DNA from: Catajapyx aquilonaris
Taxonomy: Eukaryota
DNA: 64,000 nucleotides
Assembly: GCA_000934665.2 (NCBI GenBank)
Contig: KZ538255.1
Location: 1-64,000 of the forward strand
Direction: 5' to 3'
The notes beneath the pieces are model-generated. The model worked only from the letters and a program-made list of their open reading frames with translations. It did no database searches and had not been told where the DNA came from. How positions within the stretch are numbered: the first letter of the stretch is position 1; each line of letters opens with the position of its first letter. The position numbers were made by a program, and so were the translations under genes. This document shows positions 39,218 to 51,760 of the stretch, one piece after another.

Positions 39218-39579
39218 CAGGGAGCATATACTACATAAGAGGCGCAAACATTCGATTTTTGCGTCTCTCTGCTTGGGGCGTTGCCAAGGCTGGCGGCCAT
39301 TTTGAAGTGCGTGGAACGCCAACGAGGTATAAATAGGGTACAGGCAAAAATAGGGTCTGTCATCTTTGATTCGCGCGTGTTTGCCATGTAGTTGCCATGG
39401 CCGCCACAATCATCAAAGATGGCGGACCCTATTTTTGCCTGTACCCTATATATCCCTCGTTGGCGTTCCACACACTTCAAAATGGCCGTCAGCCTTGGCA
39501 ACGGCCCCAAACAGAGAGACGCGAACATCAAAGGCGCCGACAGAAGTTTGCGCCTCTTATGTAGTATATATGCTCCCTG
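39218..39579. mobile_element. Long foldback MITE with CAGGG...CCCTG ends (hAT-like termini)
   Basis: Inverted arms of about 150 bp, CAGGGAGCATATACTACATAAGAGGCGCAAAC..; target duplication not clear. Confidence 0.75.
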
Positions 39580-41432
39580 CTATACAGTGTAAAACCAGGT
39601 TTACTGTCAAATACGGGACCAAAAATGGCGGCCATTCCTGCAATACTATCACCATATCATCGAAAAAATTTGTATTATAAGTTCAGGATTTTACGGCCAT
39701 TTAGACACAATGGATATAGCAATATGGCCTAGCTAACAGTGTAAAACCAACAGTTTTCTGCTAACTACGGGACCAAAAATGGCGGCCATTCTTGAATTAT
39801 CATCACCATCTGTTAATACTAAAACCATTCGTTGTACGTACGAGCACGTACGAGGCTTCGGATTTGGTCTGCCGTATTGTTTGACCTAAGCTCACGATTG
39901 GCCCATGTTCTGCGCCTGCGAAATGGGGTGGAGTCAGCGCCTCTGGTGGCTGGGAAAATGAACTAACGTCAATTTTTTTGGGTGGGCATCCCGACAACTG
40001 GCTGCCGGTCATTTGGTTGGCCCACCAAATGTCTCGGTAGCCAAATGACACGGCAGCCAAGAGTCGTACATTTGATTTGTTTCAAAAATTTGAGGATTTA
40101 ATGTACTACTAGGCACCTACTTGTCAAAATTTGTCAAAAAAGGGGCATCGAAGCGACATCCGACGGTGATGTGCAGAAGTAAGCGAGTCGCCACCCAGGA
40201 GGTGGCGCCCTGGTGCCCGGAACAGCGGAAATGGGAATTCCGTGTAGGGTATGGTTTTTGTTGTTGCGGTTTTTGAGTCCCTCGGCACCGTTTCCAAAAA
40301 ACAAAATCAAAAGTGGTTTGCAAATATAGAAAACGGGCAAAATTTTGACACCACTCCCAAAGCCATACGGATCGGGAGGCATTTCCATGACACTATAGAT
40401 GTCGCTCAAAAAGAGAGACGATTTTGCATTGACACCAACAACATTGTCTCCATCTTTTTGAGCGATATAGTGCCTTTTGACAATGTGGACGCAACAATGA
40501 GCCTCAGTCAGAAGTAGGCATGCGACTCTCACCCTTACTAGGTTTTTTGAGTTACGGTCTTCTTACATCTGATAACTATGGCACTTTCACTACGAGGAAT
40601 TTTCACGCACTGAACATGTAGTCTCAAGAAAATCGCTAATATTGCAAAACTAATAAGTGTCACACCCCACTGGTCCTTCAGGCTTGGCCAATCAACCGGC
40701 ATCTCCTAGTCTCTTTACAAGAACTAACAAACGGTAGCGGCTGCGGGAGACAGCTTCTGTAACATTTACGATATCGACTTTTCTCTCCCGGAATAACCTA
40801 GGCGTAACTGTTAGATGTAAAAAAAAAACCTTTACCAGTATAGTACAGGTAGAGTCAAAAACTACTTTTAAAAAAACATTAAAAGTGAATGGTAGAGCAA
40901 TATGTGCCCTAAGGGTATGATGTAATACCACGTGTTGAAGGGGGGGTTACATACCTGGGTCAAATCCACATGTAGTTCACACTATTAGAGCTAACACTAT
41001 TACGATGCACCTCGTGAGAGTGAAGCAAGCCTTCTAGACAGGGAGAGTTGAATTGGGGTGTGGAGGGTGGAGGGAACTTGTTCCACCAATGAGGTTGGAT
41101 CTACCCCCCCTCTCCCTCTCCCCCCCTTTTAAAACTTCCCACGTTCCCTTCCCCACAACACATTGTGAAGGAATTGGTCTTGCCAGGTGGGGAGATATAA
41201 GAAACAAACAACAACATATTCATGCCACTTTCGCGTCATGCTCTAAAAGTATCTGGGTTTCTATCACGGTATGATTCGAATGTGGTGTTGGTACGGAGTA
41301 TGTGGCTTTTGGGTGACTGCACCAGTACTGTGTGGTATTGCCAGCCTTAAAATAGCCTCGCACGGAGACTATTTTGAGCATGGAAGTGACAAGCAGCAAA
41401 TTTGGGAGTGTGTTCGTACCACTGCACTGCCT

Positions 41433-42018
41433 CCAGTCACTCCCTTTTCGCGAGAGCTTAGCTGATCTCCACCACCGAGCGCTAGAGTCAAGTGCCAGTA
41501 CAGGTGGCGCCTTACCTAGCGGGGCAATTCCGAACCATTAAGGCTGGTATCCACAATCCACTGCTCAATATCAAGGGGTTTCAACCCGTTCAACCCCTTG
41601 ATATTGAGCAGTGGATACCATCCTTTAGGGTCGACTCCGATTGACTGTGGAGTGGCCCAAGTGACTCCAGTCAATCGGAGTCGACCCTAATGGTTCAGAA
41701 TTGCCCCGCTAGGTAAGGCGCCACCTGTACTGGCACTTGACTCTAGCGCCGAACGTGGCANAAGGGTTGATTCAAGGGGTTGAACGGGTTGAAACCCCTT
41801 GATATTGAGCAGTGGATACCATCCTTTAGGGTCGACTCCGATTGACTGTGGAGTGGCCCAAGTGACTCCAGTCAATCGGAGTCGACCCTAATGGTTCAGA
41901 ATTGCCCCGCTAGGTAAGGCGCCACCTGTACTGGCACTTGACTCTAGCGCCGAACGTGGCAATCTCGGTGGGGGAGATCAGCTAAGGTCACGGGGGTACT
42001 CGTATAGGGAGTGACTGG
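41433..42018. mobile_element. Foldback element with nested palindromes (internal duplication likely an assembly artefact)
   Basis: Ends CCAGTCACTCCC / GGGAGTGACTGG; inverted arm CGCTAGAGTCAAGTGCCAGTACAGGTGGCGCCTTACCTAGCGGGGCAATT; internal hairpin GGGTCGACTCCGATTGACTG. Confidence 0.7.
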
Positions 42019-45000
42019 CCACACTAGCAGTTCAGATTTTGTATGTCCGTACGGTACGAACATACAAAATCTGAACTACTATATAGTGGCCAGGGGTACG
42101 AATCGACCCCTGGCCACACGAACAGTTCATTTTTAGTGCGTTCGAATACCTGACCAAGTAGCACATTGATATCCATAGGATATCATATGAGATCAGACGG
42201 ATCAAATTCCACATCTAGGGACATTTAGATTACGCCCCATGGATATCCTATTGATGCCCAAATGTCACAGGTTTGGGATATCCACAAGATGCCTGAATCT
42301 GATATCGGAGAGACATCCAGGCTGGATGCTTAAAGGACATCCATGTTCGACGTCCCTTAACAATCCAGCCTGGATGTCTCCCAGATATCAGATATCATCC
42401 AGATTACGCCCAATGGATATCTAATGGATACGAAAATGTCTCGGTTTTGTGATGTCCCCAAGATGCCCGATTCCGATATCAGGGAGATCTCCAGCCCTGA
42501 TGTCTCCCAGATATCATATTCAGGCATCTTGTGGACATCCCAAAACAGAGACATTTTCGTATACATTAGATATCCATAATCTGGATGATCCCGGATGTGC
42601 CCTGGATGTCGAGTCGGACTGGTCTGACTTGCAGGGGACTGTTCGTGTGGCCACCCAGGTAGCATTTTAGACGTTTACGAGAAAAAAGTCTTATAGCACT
42701 GCTCTGTCTGTCTGATACCTGTCCACAGACAGAACGCACTAAAAAAATATGAACTGTTCGTGTGGCCAGTGGTACCAAGAGCTCTTGGTGCTACGGACAT
42801 ACTAAATATACTAGAGTGAACCCGGAACCCGAAAATCGGAAAAAGTCTTATAGCACAGCTGTGTCTGTCTGATACCTGTCCACAGACCAAGTGGGTAACC
42901 ACTCCCCCAAAATGTGTACACTAGTTCCTGGAACTGCCTGGTTCCACCCGGTTCCAAGCCGGTTCCACGAAGTGGTTACCCCCGTGCCACAGACAGACAG
43001 ACAAACACCGTGCCATAATTTTTTTTTTTTTTTCGATTTTAGGGTTCCGGGTTCACTCTAGTATGTTCGTACCTGGCCACACGAACAGTTAATTTTTTAA
43101 GTGTGTTCGTACCCCTGGCCATACGAACAGTTCAGATTTTTCGAATTTGCTCGATGATTTTAATTAAATGCGAGCTGGGCTCACTGTGGATTGTGATCCG
43201 CAGGCCAACGAACGTTATTGTGGCCTTGCCAATTTTTTAATGTGGATTTTCAGGCATTTTGAACTCGTTTTCGTACAATCTGAACGTTATCTCGTCCGTT
43301 AACGGTGGTTATCTTTACAGGGACGTATCCTCAAGGCTTTCTTTTTGCTGGAGCCGTCTCACGGATAAACAAAAACACAGGATATGCTCCGTTGTGGCCG
43401 CCAGCTATTTCTGGTTACACGACATCGATAAGCTACTGTTACACTCAACGGAAATGAAGTTCCTCCGGTTCTCTCCATATGAAAAAAACCAGTTTCAAGC
43501 AAAAGTGTTACAGTCTTTGGGCGGGGTCGTGTACACCAGACATTGTAGGATGAAGAAAAAAAAAAAGGTCAACTTTACCCGGACGTCTGCAAAACATTTT
43601 ATACGGGATCATGCGTGGGGGTTTATTACTTCAACATGTGTTGATATGAATCATGGAGTAACTAGAAATTGGCAAGGTCAGTTACATTTGCTAATTGTCG
43701 CTGCGGTAACAAATCTGCAATTTGTCAGGCAAGGTTGAGTTGGAAATCAAGCGTGAAATTAAAGATCCTGAGGTGTGGTTTTTTTTGGGAGGATGAGGAT
43801 GACCTCACTGACCGTGGTCACCCGCAATACCCTTGGTACCATCCGGTGTGACCACTCCCTGATATGCTATAAATACAAGGAATTATTGGGAGTGCCGCAC
43901 AATGTTGCACGGCATAGTGGCTGCGGCTCCAGCAATAAACACCGTATGGATCCCCGGTGTCTTACGGCCATGGATACACCACGTTTGGTATCACCACCGG
44001 ATAAACTGGACTTCCAATTTCATGCCATGTCTCATCAACTGTTTTGCTTGCTTCAGGTTATCCCTTCTACGGTGGTCACGGCTATTATCCCTTCTATGGC
44101 TGAAATCCAGAAATGGTAGGCACCTTTCCAAGAAACATCGGCTTGAAAAAAGAAACACAATTTTTTTTTATTATTCCCGCTACTCTCCAGACTCCTTACA
44201 AAAATCATTTTTGGGGAACTGCATAAATAAAAATTCCTGGTACAAAGTATGTTACATATCTTACAATCTGAATTTGCTAAAAAAAACGGGGGGCGGGACA
44301 ATGACTGTACCAGTAAGGCTGAAATAAATGGAATGGGTTCCTTGTAACCTACGGAGAAGTACTTTTTTGTATTACAACGTGAGCTGAGTGCCGCTCCGAA
44401 GCTGCTGCTCTATTCCTTTTGTTTACTAAACCTTGTCCACAACACGCTCGAGGATTTTAAATGAGCTGAATATAAAAAACATAAATGCACTTAAAACAAT
44501 ATCAGGTTACGCAACCGCCTCACTCAAATGTCAAAATGGATCCACGACAAAGCTGGAGTTACGGACTGCCTCCAACTGTCTTCACAACACAAAAAATGGA
44601 AGACCTTTTTAAAAAACCGGAAGGAAAAATGCAAGGTGGAAGTAACGTAAGATCACCTTTTTTTTCTCTATAACGCCGCAACTTTCGTTTTGACAGATCC
44701 AAACATCCTGTCAGGTACAACACTTGGTGAAACACTTTTTAAAAGTCTTTGCCGCTCTAAAATGAGTATTACGTTGTAAATACAACAAAAAATGCTGAGA
44801 ATTACTGGGGGATCGTAGTCTACAACAATTAAGTCTCGAAAACAATTAGAAGAGAAAACATGTGTGATCAGCGAAAAGTAGGTAATTTTTTTAAAAAGAA
44901 CAGTTTGGATAATGCTGGATCACAGCATCACACAATATCACAATGTAGAGAAATCCCCCTTTTTTTTTGTCTGCAGCAAAACATTCAATGAAACTGCAAC

Positions 45001-47361
45001 ATTTAAGTGGGGGGACTAAAAATGCTGTGGCCTATGGCGTTTATCTCTTGTGATTAGTCTACAACAGCGGCCTTCAGCTCTTATGCTGCAGAACCCTTTT
45101 GCTTTACGTAAACTTTACTGAAACCCCTGATAATGCCCAATTACGAGTAACAGCTTGGCCGTTACCCTGAATATCTTTGCGGTATGTTTCGGACAGGCCT
45201 GCAACACCTCGGGGTTCCTCGCACCGGCTGAAGACCACTGGTCTACCACAATATCTGACAATTCTCAGAGAGAGCCAGTGTGACTGCTTATTTAAAACCA
45301 GCTACACTTTACAGTTGATCGGCACCGGACATATCAGTGATCGTTGGACCCTGTTACAAGCACAAACTCACGTAAAAGTGCACTGGCTACTTCACCCGCA
45401 GAATCACGAGCTATTAAAACTTACAATTTATAATGTGGTTGTCTACTGGCCACACACTGCACGTCACAGTAAATGTACTGGCAGAAGTCCACCTTAACCT
45501 CTAGTAACCGGATCCAACGCACTGGGATTGGGCGTACTATAAAGTACAAAAGAATGGGGATTTCCTGATTAACTCTATACACTTAAGCTCACAATGACAA
45601 AAAAAATAAAATACAAAAAAATGAAACATTCACATTAGATTGTGGCATGGGGTGTTACTAAGTCCTTAATTGCTATTAAAAATTGATGAACAGTAAAAGT
45701 AAGTTTTCGTTCCCTGTAACGATCAATCTATAGCCACACAGCCATATTCACAGGTGGTGGGTGGGGGGCGCCGAGAGGATCTATTACTAAGTAATGGAAC
45801 ATTTTTATGTACAACTTGCCTACAGATACAAAAATAGGTCTCCACAGGTTGTGGGATGGTACTGCGTTAATATCCGACGGCAACAACATTTACACTTGCG
45901 AGTCTGTGCATTAAATTTTAGTTATGTGCATTAGAGAGAGAGCGTAAGCGAACTGAATAAGACGCGAGGACTACCGAAGATGCTGACTTATCCACAAAAA
46001 AATGCTGCAGCAGTTGCTCCGAAGAGAACAACTGCAAATCGTTTGTACCATAACAGAAATATTGCTGTAGGTAAATTATATGGCATGTCTTGAGTAATAT
46101 ATCTGAAATGCACGCGGTTATGGCTGTAGTTATCCCAGCAACGCAAATTTTTAAGTCATGGAATTCCACCAAGGAGTCTTAAAAGCATCGATGACAAAAC
46201 TTCGGATCTAGCCAATACATCACTCCATCCAGTAACGTACCACCTTAGGCACCCACCCCTATCACTTAATATCCGACAAATCACTTGAATGTGCACTTGT
46301 AAATCATCACCTGCATGATGATCCATCCCTATATACAGTAAAGTTACTAATCACGCTAGTTAGTAAACCTCACTCTGTTGCACTGAAAACTGAACTTGGT
46401 TGCTCCTATGCACGAACTTGAAACCAATTGTGAAACCAAATTACACTTTAAACGAAACAGCTCAAATCACTCATAGGAAATATTTATGCCCAAGAGGTAT
46501 CTGAGTGTCTCCCGGCCGTAAAATGTAATCACATTAATTTGACAATAACAAAAAAATCTGGGTAGAACTTAATATTTTGTGTCAAGAGATTTACTAACTA
46601 GGGCAACAGTTTATTGCAAATCTACTGCACAATATTGCAGGCTGCACTGCACTGACAACAGATGTTCTGCAAGCATCTGCAACATGCCCTGAAAAAAAGC
46701 TTTGTTTGCATGTAATTTTCCGAAACCAACAACATGCTAGTAATTTCTAATCTGCTGTCGTTGAAGTACGTTACAATTGCAGGAGTGCAATGGAGGAGGA
46801 CGAGTAACTCGGTCACATTGCTTTTTTCCTGACCGCAGCTCCACTGTACCGTACTACTATCAATATGACCCCACCCGATCAAATGTCATAACGTCAATAT
46901 TTTGGGAACATCTGTTGTCTGCTGCAAGCCTACAGACCCTGTCGTGACCATGCAAAAGATTCACCACACTCTTTTTAGGAGTTGTTCTGGCTTCCCTTTC
47001 GTGGAGGGGACACGTCAGAGAGAGTAGTCCTTCCCTTGCAATTTCTAACTTATTGGGTGGTTTTAAAATTTGTTGCTCCGTAAAACAACTATTCAAGGCA
47101 GTTCGGAAATATTAAAAGTCGCTGTTTAGAACACTATCCATATCCAGTCGATGCATTCCACCCAACAAGTACGACACGTGAGAGCGAGGACTTTCACTCT
47201 GCATGCCCCCAAATCCTACCCTTGACACGCCACGCACACCACAGAGGCATCCTAATGGCACAGAACCGCAAGTACAATCCGCCTGCTCACTTGCACACAG
47301 TACACAACTCTAATTTTTACGACGAGAAGGACTCTGCAAACCTGTGCCCATACCCTTTGGG

Positions 47362-50300
47362 TCAGAACCCTGGATCGGCCCAGGCTGGAGGGGAGCTCTG
47401 CATTGGCGGGGAAGATGGCGGGTGGTGCGGATGGTGGTGGTGGGGATGTGGGTGCGGGTGGTGATGCGGATGCGGATGGTGCGGGTACAGCGGGGAGGCC
47501 CTCTGGGGCTGGATCTGGGGCTGAGGTTGTGGCTGTGGCTGAGGCGGGGTCGGATTGGGTGGCTGTGGCTGATTCATATTCATGGAAGCAGATGCGGCAG
47601 CAGCCTCCCATGTCTGGCTGGCCTTGAAGAAAGCAGCCATGCACGAAAAGAAATGCATGGCCGCTGTGATCATCTGCTCCTCGTTCTCAACCCGCTGGCG
47701 CATTATTTCTACACCTCGTTGCTCTAGCTCCACCAGGTGATTGAGGGCTGGGGAAGTGAAGGAAGGAGCATCCAAATGGTGGGACGAGGAGGCTGCAGGA
47801 GCACGAGAAGATGACTTCTTGTACCTTGGCCTCTTGCTGCAAAGAAATGCTTTCATTATGAGAGAGCCAACATGCCAAGCACCATCGGAAGAAAAGACTT
47901 ACGCTGGTGGAGGGCTGAAGCCGTTGGTGAGGGAATCCTTGGAGCTAAGGAAGTGGGCACCACCTCCTGAATAAGACATCCGATCATCGTGATGGGAGGA
48001 GCCAGGCGAGGCAGGAGAGTGGTGCTCCATTTTGGGCGTCACCAGGCCCTCTCCATAGCCCATTTTATCTGTTTGAATAGGAATAAATGTATCAATCTGG
48101 CAGATACAGGCATAACTGCTTTATGCTAAAAGCTGCTGTCATACATGTTGTAATTTTGGCAGCCGAGATGGCTACGGACAGGCGAAAGTGTACACCGTGG
48201 TACCAGGCCAGGAAAAACCAGGCTCACTTGGTAAAAACTGGTCGAGTTACTTCACCTGTCCATGGCCATCTCGACCTGTCATCTATGACAGCAGATGTGA
48301 ATGAAGTTGAAATCCGAACCCAGCTCCAGCATGACTAATCCATCAACTTTCCAACATTGCCACACTTCTGAACAGCCAACCCTGTTTTTTTGTTTGTGTC
48401 AGTTTGCAATTTTATTTTGGCACCCACAAGTCAGTTGACAGCTTTACTAATTCACCCGTTCTTATCCAGAATAATGGCGACAAGAAAGGCTTCCAACATG
48501 CTGTGTATCCCTCCAACTCTTAATAGGCTTTTCCAACTTTCCTTTCGAGTAACTTCCAAACTGTCCACTTATGAAACTTTCAGGCCTGTCATCCCCAGAT
48601 GTCAAAAACTTTTACCAGTAGCCGAGTCTTCACGTCCAAAGTGATTTTGACAGAAAAAAAAAAAACACTTGCCTGAGGACATCCCAGAATAAGGATCCCT
48701 GCCGCTGTGCTGGCTCTCCATGCTGTTGTCCCCGTGGTGGTGGCTGCTTCCCGCAGGCTTTGAACGGAACACCTTGTCCATCTTGCTCCAAAATGGCCAT
48801 GTCGTCACAAACTCTGAAAAGTTGAGCATTATTAGATCCATAATCCACGGTAATGCTAATAAATTGTTGTGCACCTTGGATAATTTTAAATGTCAGTCTG
48901 AATCTACATACGTTACAACTATGCAAATCAGGCTCTGGCTGTAATTTTAACTTCATTAAATGGTGTCCCAATTGAATTGTCAGTTTTACTATTTGTCACT
49001 GCATATTACTTTCCAATAGCTATCTTTAATGGTTATATTAAAAATAACCCACAGAATTACATGCAAAAATTTTACGATGCATATCAAGATTGAGTAAAAA
49101 CCTGTTTTACTGAGAAATATTAATCGAGGGCTGACCATACTGGGTTTATGACAGGAGCCTTTCAAATGTGCTCTATACTTCACCTATCATACGCAATGCG
49201 CAACTGCAGTGTAAGTATTTTCTAATTGCTTCTTCCCACGATGAAAGAGAACGAATAAAATAATATCAAGTTGTAAAATTACTTCATGTGAATTTCTTAA
49301 GCATGTAACAATTATTTTCTCATTCATGCCCATTTACATTTACGATGGTTATTGAACCCTGCCACGCAATTTATGAAACACATATCGGGTTCATACACTC
49401 ACTGGATGATTCCCCAGGTAAGATTCTCCAAATGGAAAACTTCCTGCCCACTTCAAGGACAACCAGCATGCCCACGCAAACATCTCAAAAAAACCAGTTT
49501 AAAAAAAATTTAATGGGCACAAAGAAACCCTCGCAATTCAATGCGAGGCACCTAGCAACGGTAACTGCGAACAAGCTTTTTTTAAAAATAAATTGCATTG
49601 CAGAAATTTCCGAATATCATCTAACAATTAGTGTTTAATGAGAACCGGGCTTACAAGCTGCAATACAAAATTCATGTCATTTAAATCCCATTTAAATTAA
49701 AATCCCTGCGTATTCCAGCGGCACAAGGCCTTCCATAGTCCAGCCTTTCCCTTTCGCCCCAATCTGTCCTCTCACCCGCCCTTGTCAAACCCACATTCAA
49801 AAACGACACCGCACCACCCAGATTCCCACTGCAATATCTACGAACAGAACAGGCGCAACTTGATCCCTTTTGATAAACACCATTTTCAGCGACCCAACCA
49901 CTGACAGGATCTGCATCAGGGTGAAGGGTCATCCGTAATGTAGGCTACAGAGTGATACGGGTCAGAAGTGAGGTCAAGGCTGAGTGTGAATGAGCCAACA
50001 TCTTTTAAGAAATCGTGTGCAGTATAACCATGATTATCCATCACCCACAGGACCAGAGCATGGTCGGCATGACCTCAGTTATAACGTACTTTTTTCTACG
50101 GTCCCTTGAAGTCTGTTATATCCAGAGTAAACAGTATTATGGCTTTCAAAAAAAATTGGGAAGTCCAGTAAAACCTTGATATAACGCTGCATATAACGCT
50201 ATCCTACTTTTGGACGGTCCTTTGAAGAGCATTATATCAAGGTTTTACTGTATTTATATTTTATGTACTATTAGAAGCAAGAGTAATGTCGCACTGTTAT

Positions 50301-51581
50301 GTGATGGCGTCCGTGACTTGTTGTTTAGCATGGGTTGTGGATTCCGGATTATGACCAAATTAACATCGGTAACTCAGCAACGCCCATGCTAAACAACAAG
50401 TCGCAGACGCCATCACATAACAGTGCGACATTACTTTTGAGGTTAAAGGTGTGTTTACATGTGAGTGATTTGATAGCGCAATGTCATCTGCGAGTAACCT
50501 GGATTGTTACTTTCGCTTGAAACAATCGGATTCGTTGTTCGCCGATCAAATCGCTCACATGTAAATACACCTTAATAGTACACACTCTACTGTGCTGTAT
50601 TTACAATTTACTGTATTTGACGACATATAAGACGCACCCTCATTCCAGCAGATCATCTTGAAAAAAGTTACAAAAAGGTTCCTATTGTGTTTCCGCATAC
50701 AAGACGCCGCAGGGCATTTTGTTGTGGGAAAAAGTGCGTCTAATATGGCATCAAATCTGGTAACTAAGGCAATACGAAACAAATGATGAGAAAACAGATT
50801 TAATGTGCGTTTACATGCGAGTGATTTGACGAGTGAAGTCATAGCCGAGGATGAGTAACCCAAGTAACCAATATTCTTTGCGGCGAAAATCGATTGTTAA
50901 TTTCAGCCTCGGCGAAGATTTCGCTCGTCAAATAGCTCACATGTAAACGCACCTTTATTACTGGAGCGGTCGAATAACAAGGGGTGAATGACTCGTCAAC
51001 GGTCATCTGCCGAGCGATTTACCCTTGTCAGTTTGTCAAGACAATCAGAGGAGTCGGTTAATCAGGTTTCTACTGCACTTGCATGTTGATGTTAATGAAT
51101 GAACCTTCCCGTGCCGGGGTGTTATTCTCCAGCGTGCCATTGTCTTGCGTTATCAACGGCACACACAATGAGTGCGACCCTGACTCCCCGATAGCAATGT
51201 TTACAACAAGCGCTGGGGGTGGAGGTGGATATACGCACCGCTCTTGTGCTGGTTCCTCTTGAGCCTGAGGTACTCGGCCCTGAGGTTGTTGATCTTGTTC
51301 CTGCACTCGTCGGCGTCCCTGTTGAACCCCCCGGAGACCATCCTCTGGCTGATCTCCCTCCAGAGGACGAGGTGCCTGGCCGCGTTCTCGAACCTCCTCT
51401 GGACCTCCTCCTCGCTCCATATCCCCACCAGCATGGCCGTCTCCTCGTAGGAGAAGTTCCTCTTGCCCCTCTTCCTGCTCTTCATGGCCGACGAGGACCG
51501 CCCGCCACCCGCGGCGGACGTCCCATTCCCCGACCCTCCGCCGCCGCCTCCGTCCGACCCAACCGACACCTCGGCCGCCAT
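47362..51581 (-). CDS. Myb/SANT-like (trihelix, MSANTD-type) DNA-binding protein, about 374 aa, 4 exons
   Basis: Exons 51581-51239, 48813-48673, 48068-47903, 47836-47362 total 1125 nt in frame. SANT-like NFSYEETAMLVGIW..LWREISQRM..GFNRDADECRNKINNLRAEY..WPFWSKMDKVF; NLS-like KRPRYKK; C-terminal coiled coil (LNHLVELEQRGVEIMRQRVENEEQM) and Gln/Pro/His tail. Intron 2 needs a GC donor. Confidence 0.88.
50166..50250. mobile_element. pogo/Tigger-type MITE
   Basis: CAGTAAAACCTTGATATAA / TTATATCAAGGTTTTACTG followed by TA. Confidence 0.65.
50279..50438. mobile_element. Foldback MITE
   Basis: Near-perfect inverted arms of about 55 bp, AGTAATGTCGCACTGTTATGTGATGGCGTC..CTTGTTGTTTAGCATGGG. Confidence 0.7.
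50447..50572. mobile_element. PIF/Harbinger-type MITE (family H)
   Basis: TAA|AGGTGTGTTTACATGTGAGTGATTTGAT...ATCAAATCGCTCACATGTAAATACACCT|TAA. Confidence 0.8.
50803..50954. mobile_element. PIF/Harbinger-type MITE (family H)
   Basis: TTA|ATGTGCGTTTACATGCGAG...CTCACATGTAAACGCACCT|TTA. Confidence 0.75.
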
Positions 51582-51599
51582 TTATTACTTCTCCTACCC

Positions 51600-51760
51600 T
51601 CCCTCCCCGTGTGGTGGTGCCGATAAAAATGATTCAACCCGACACTGGCCGCTAGAGAGGCGACACCTGCGCCGCTGTGGCGTGGACTGCGCGGGAGGGA
51701 CGATTCCCATGACGTCACGCATTAGTACCATGTCTGGCACATAGATGGCGCCATTGGTGA
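51600..51760 (-). promoter_or_regulatory. Putative promoter of the Myb/SANT gene
   Basis: CpG-rich segment immediately 5' of the ATG, with CRE TGACGTCA 51710-51717 and CTCF-like ACATAGATGGCGCC near 51739-51752. Confidence 0.5.

Noticed and set aside
41593..41961. Exact tandem duplication of about 170 bp
   Set aside because: Copies are identical and joined at an N (41761); most likely an unmerged contig overlap.
43259..44327. ORFs of 114-159 aa in unique intergenic sequence
   Set aside because: No recognisable domain or convincing exon chain; probably 3' UTR or flank of the SANT gene.
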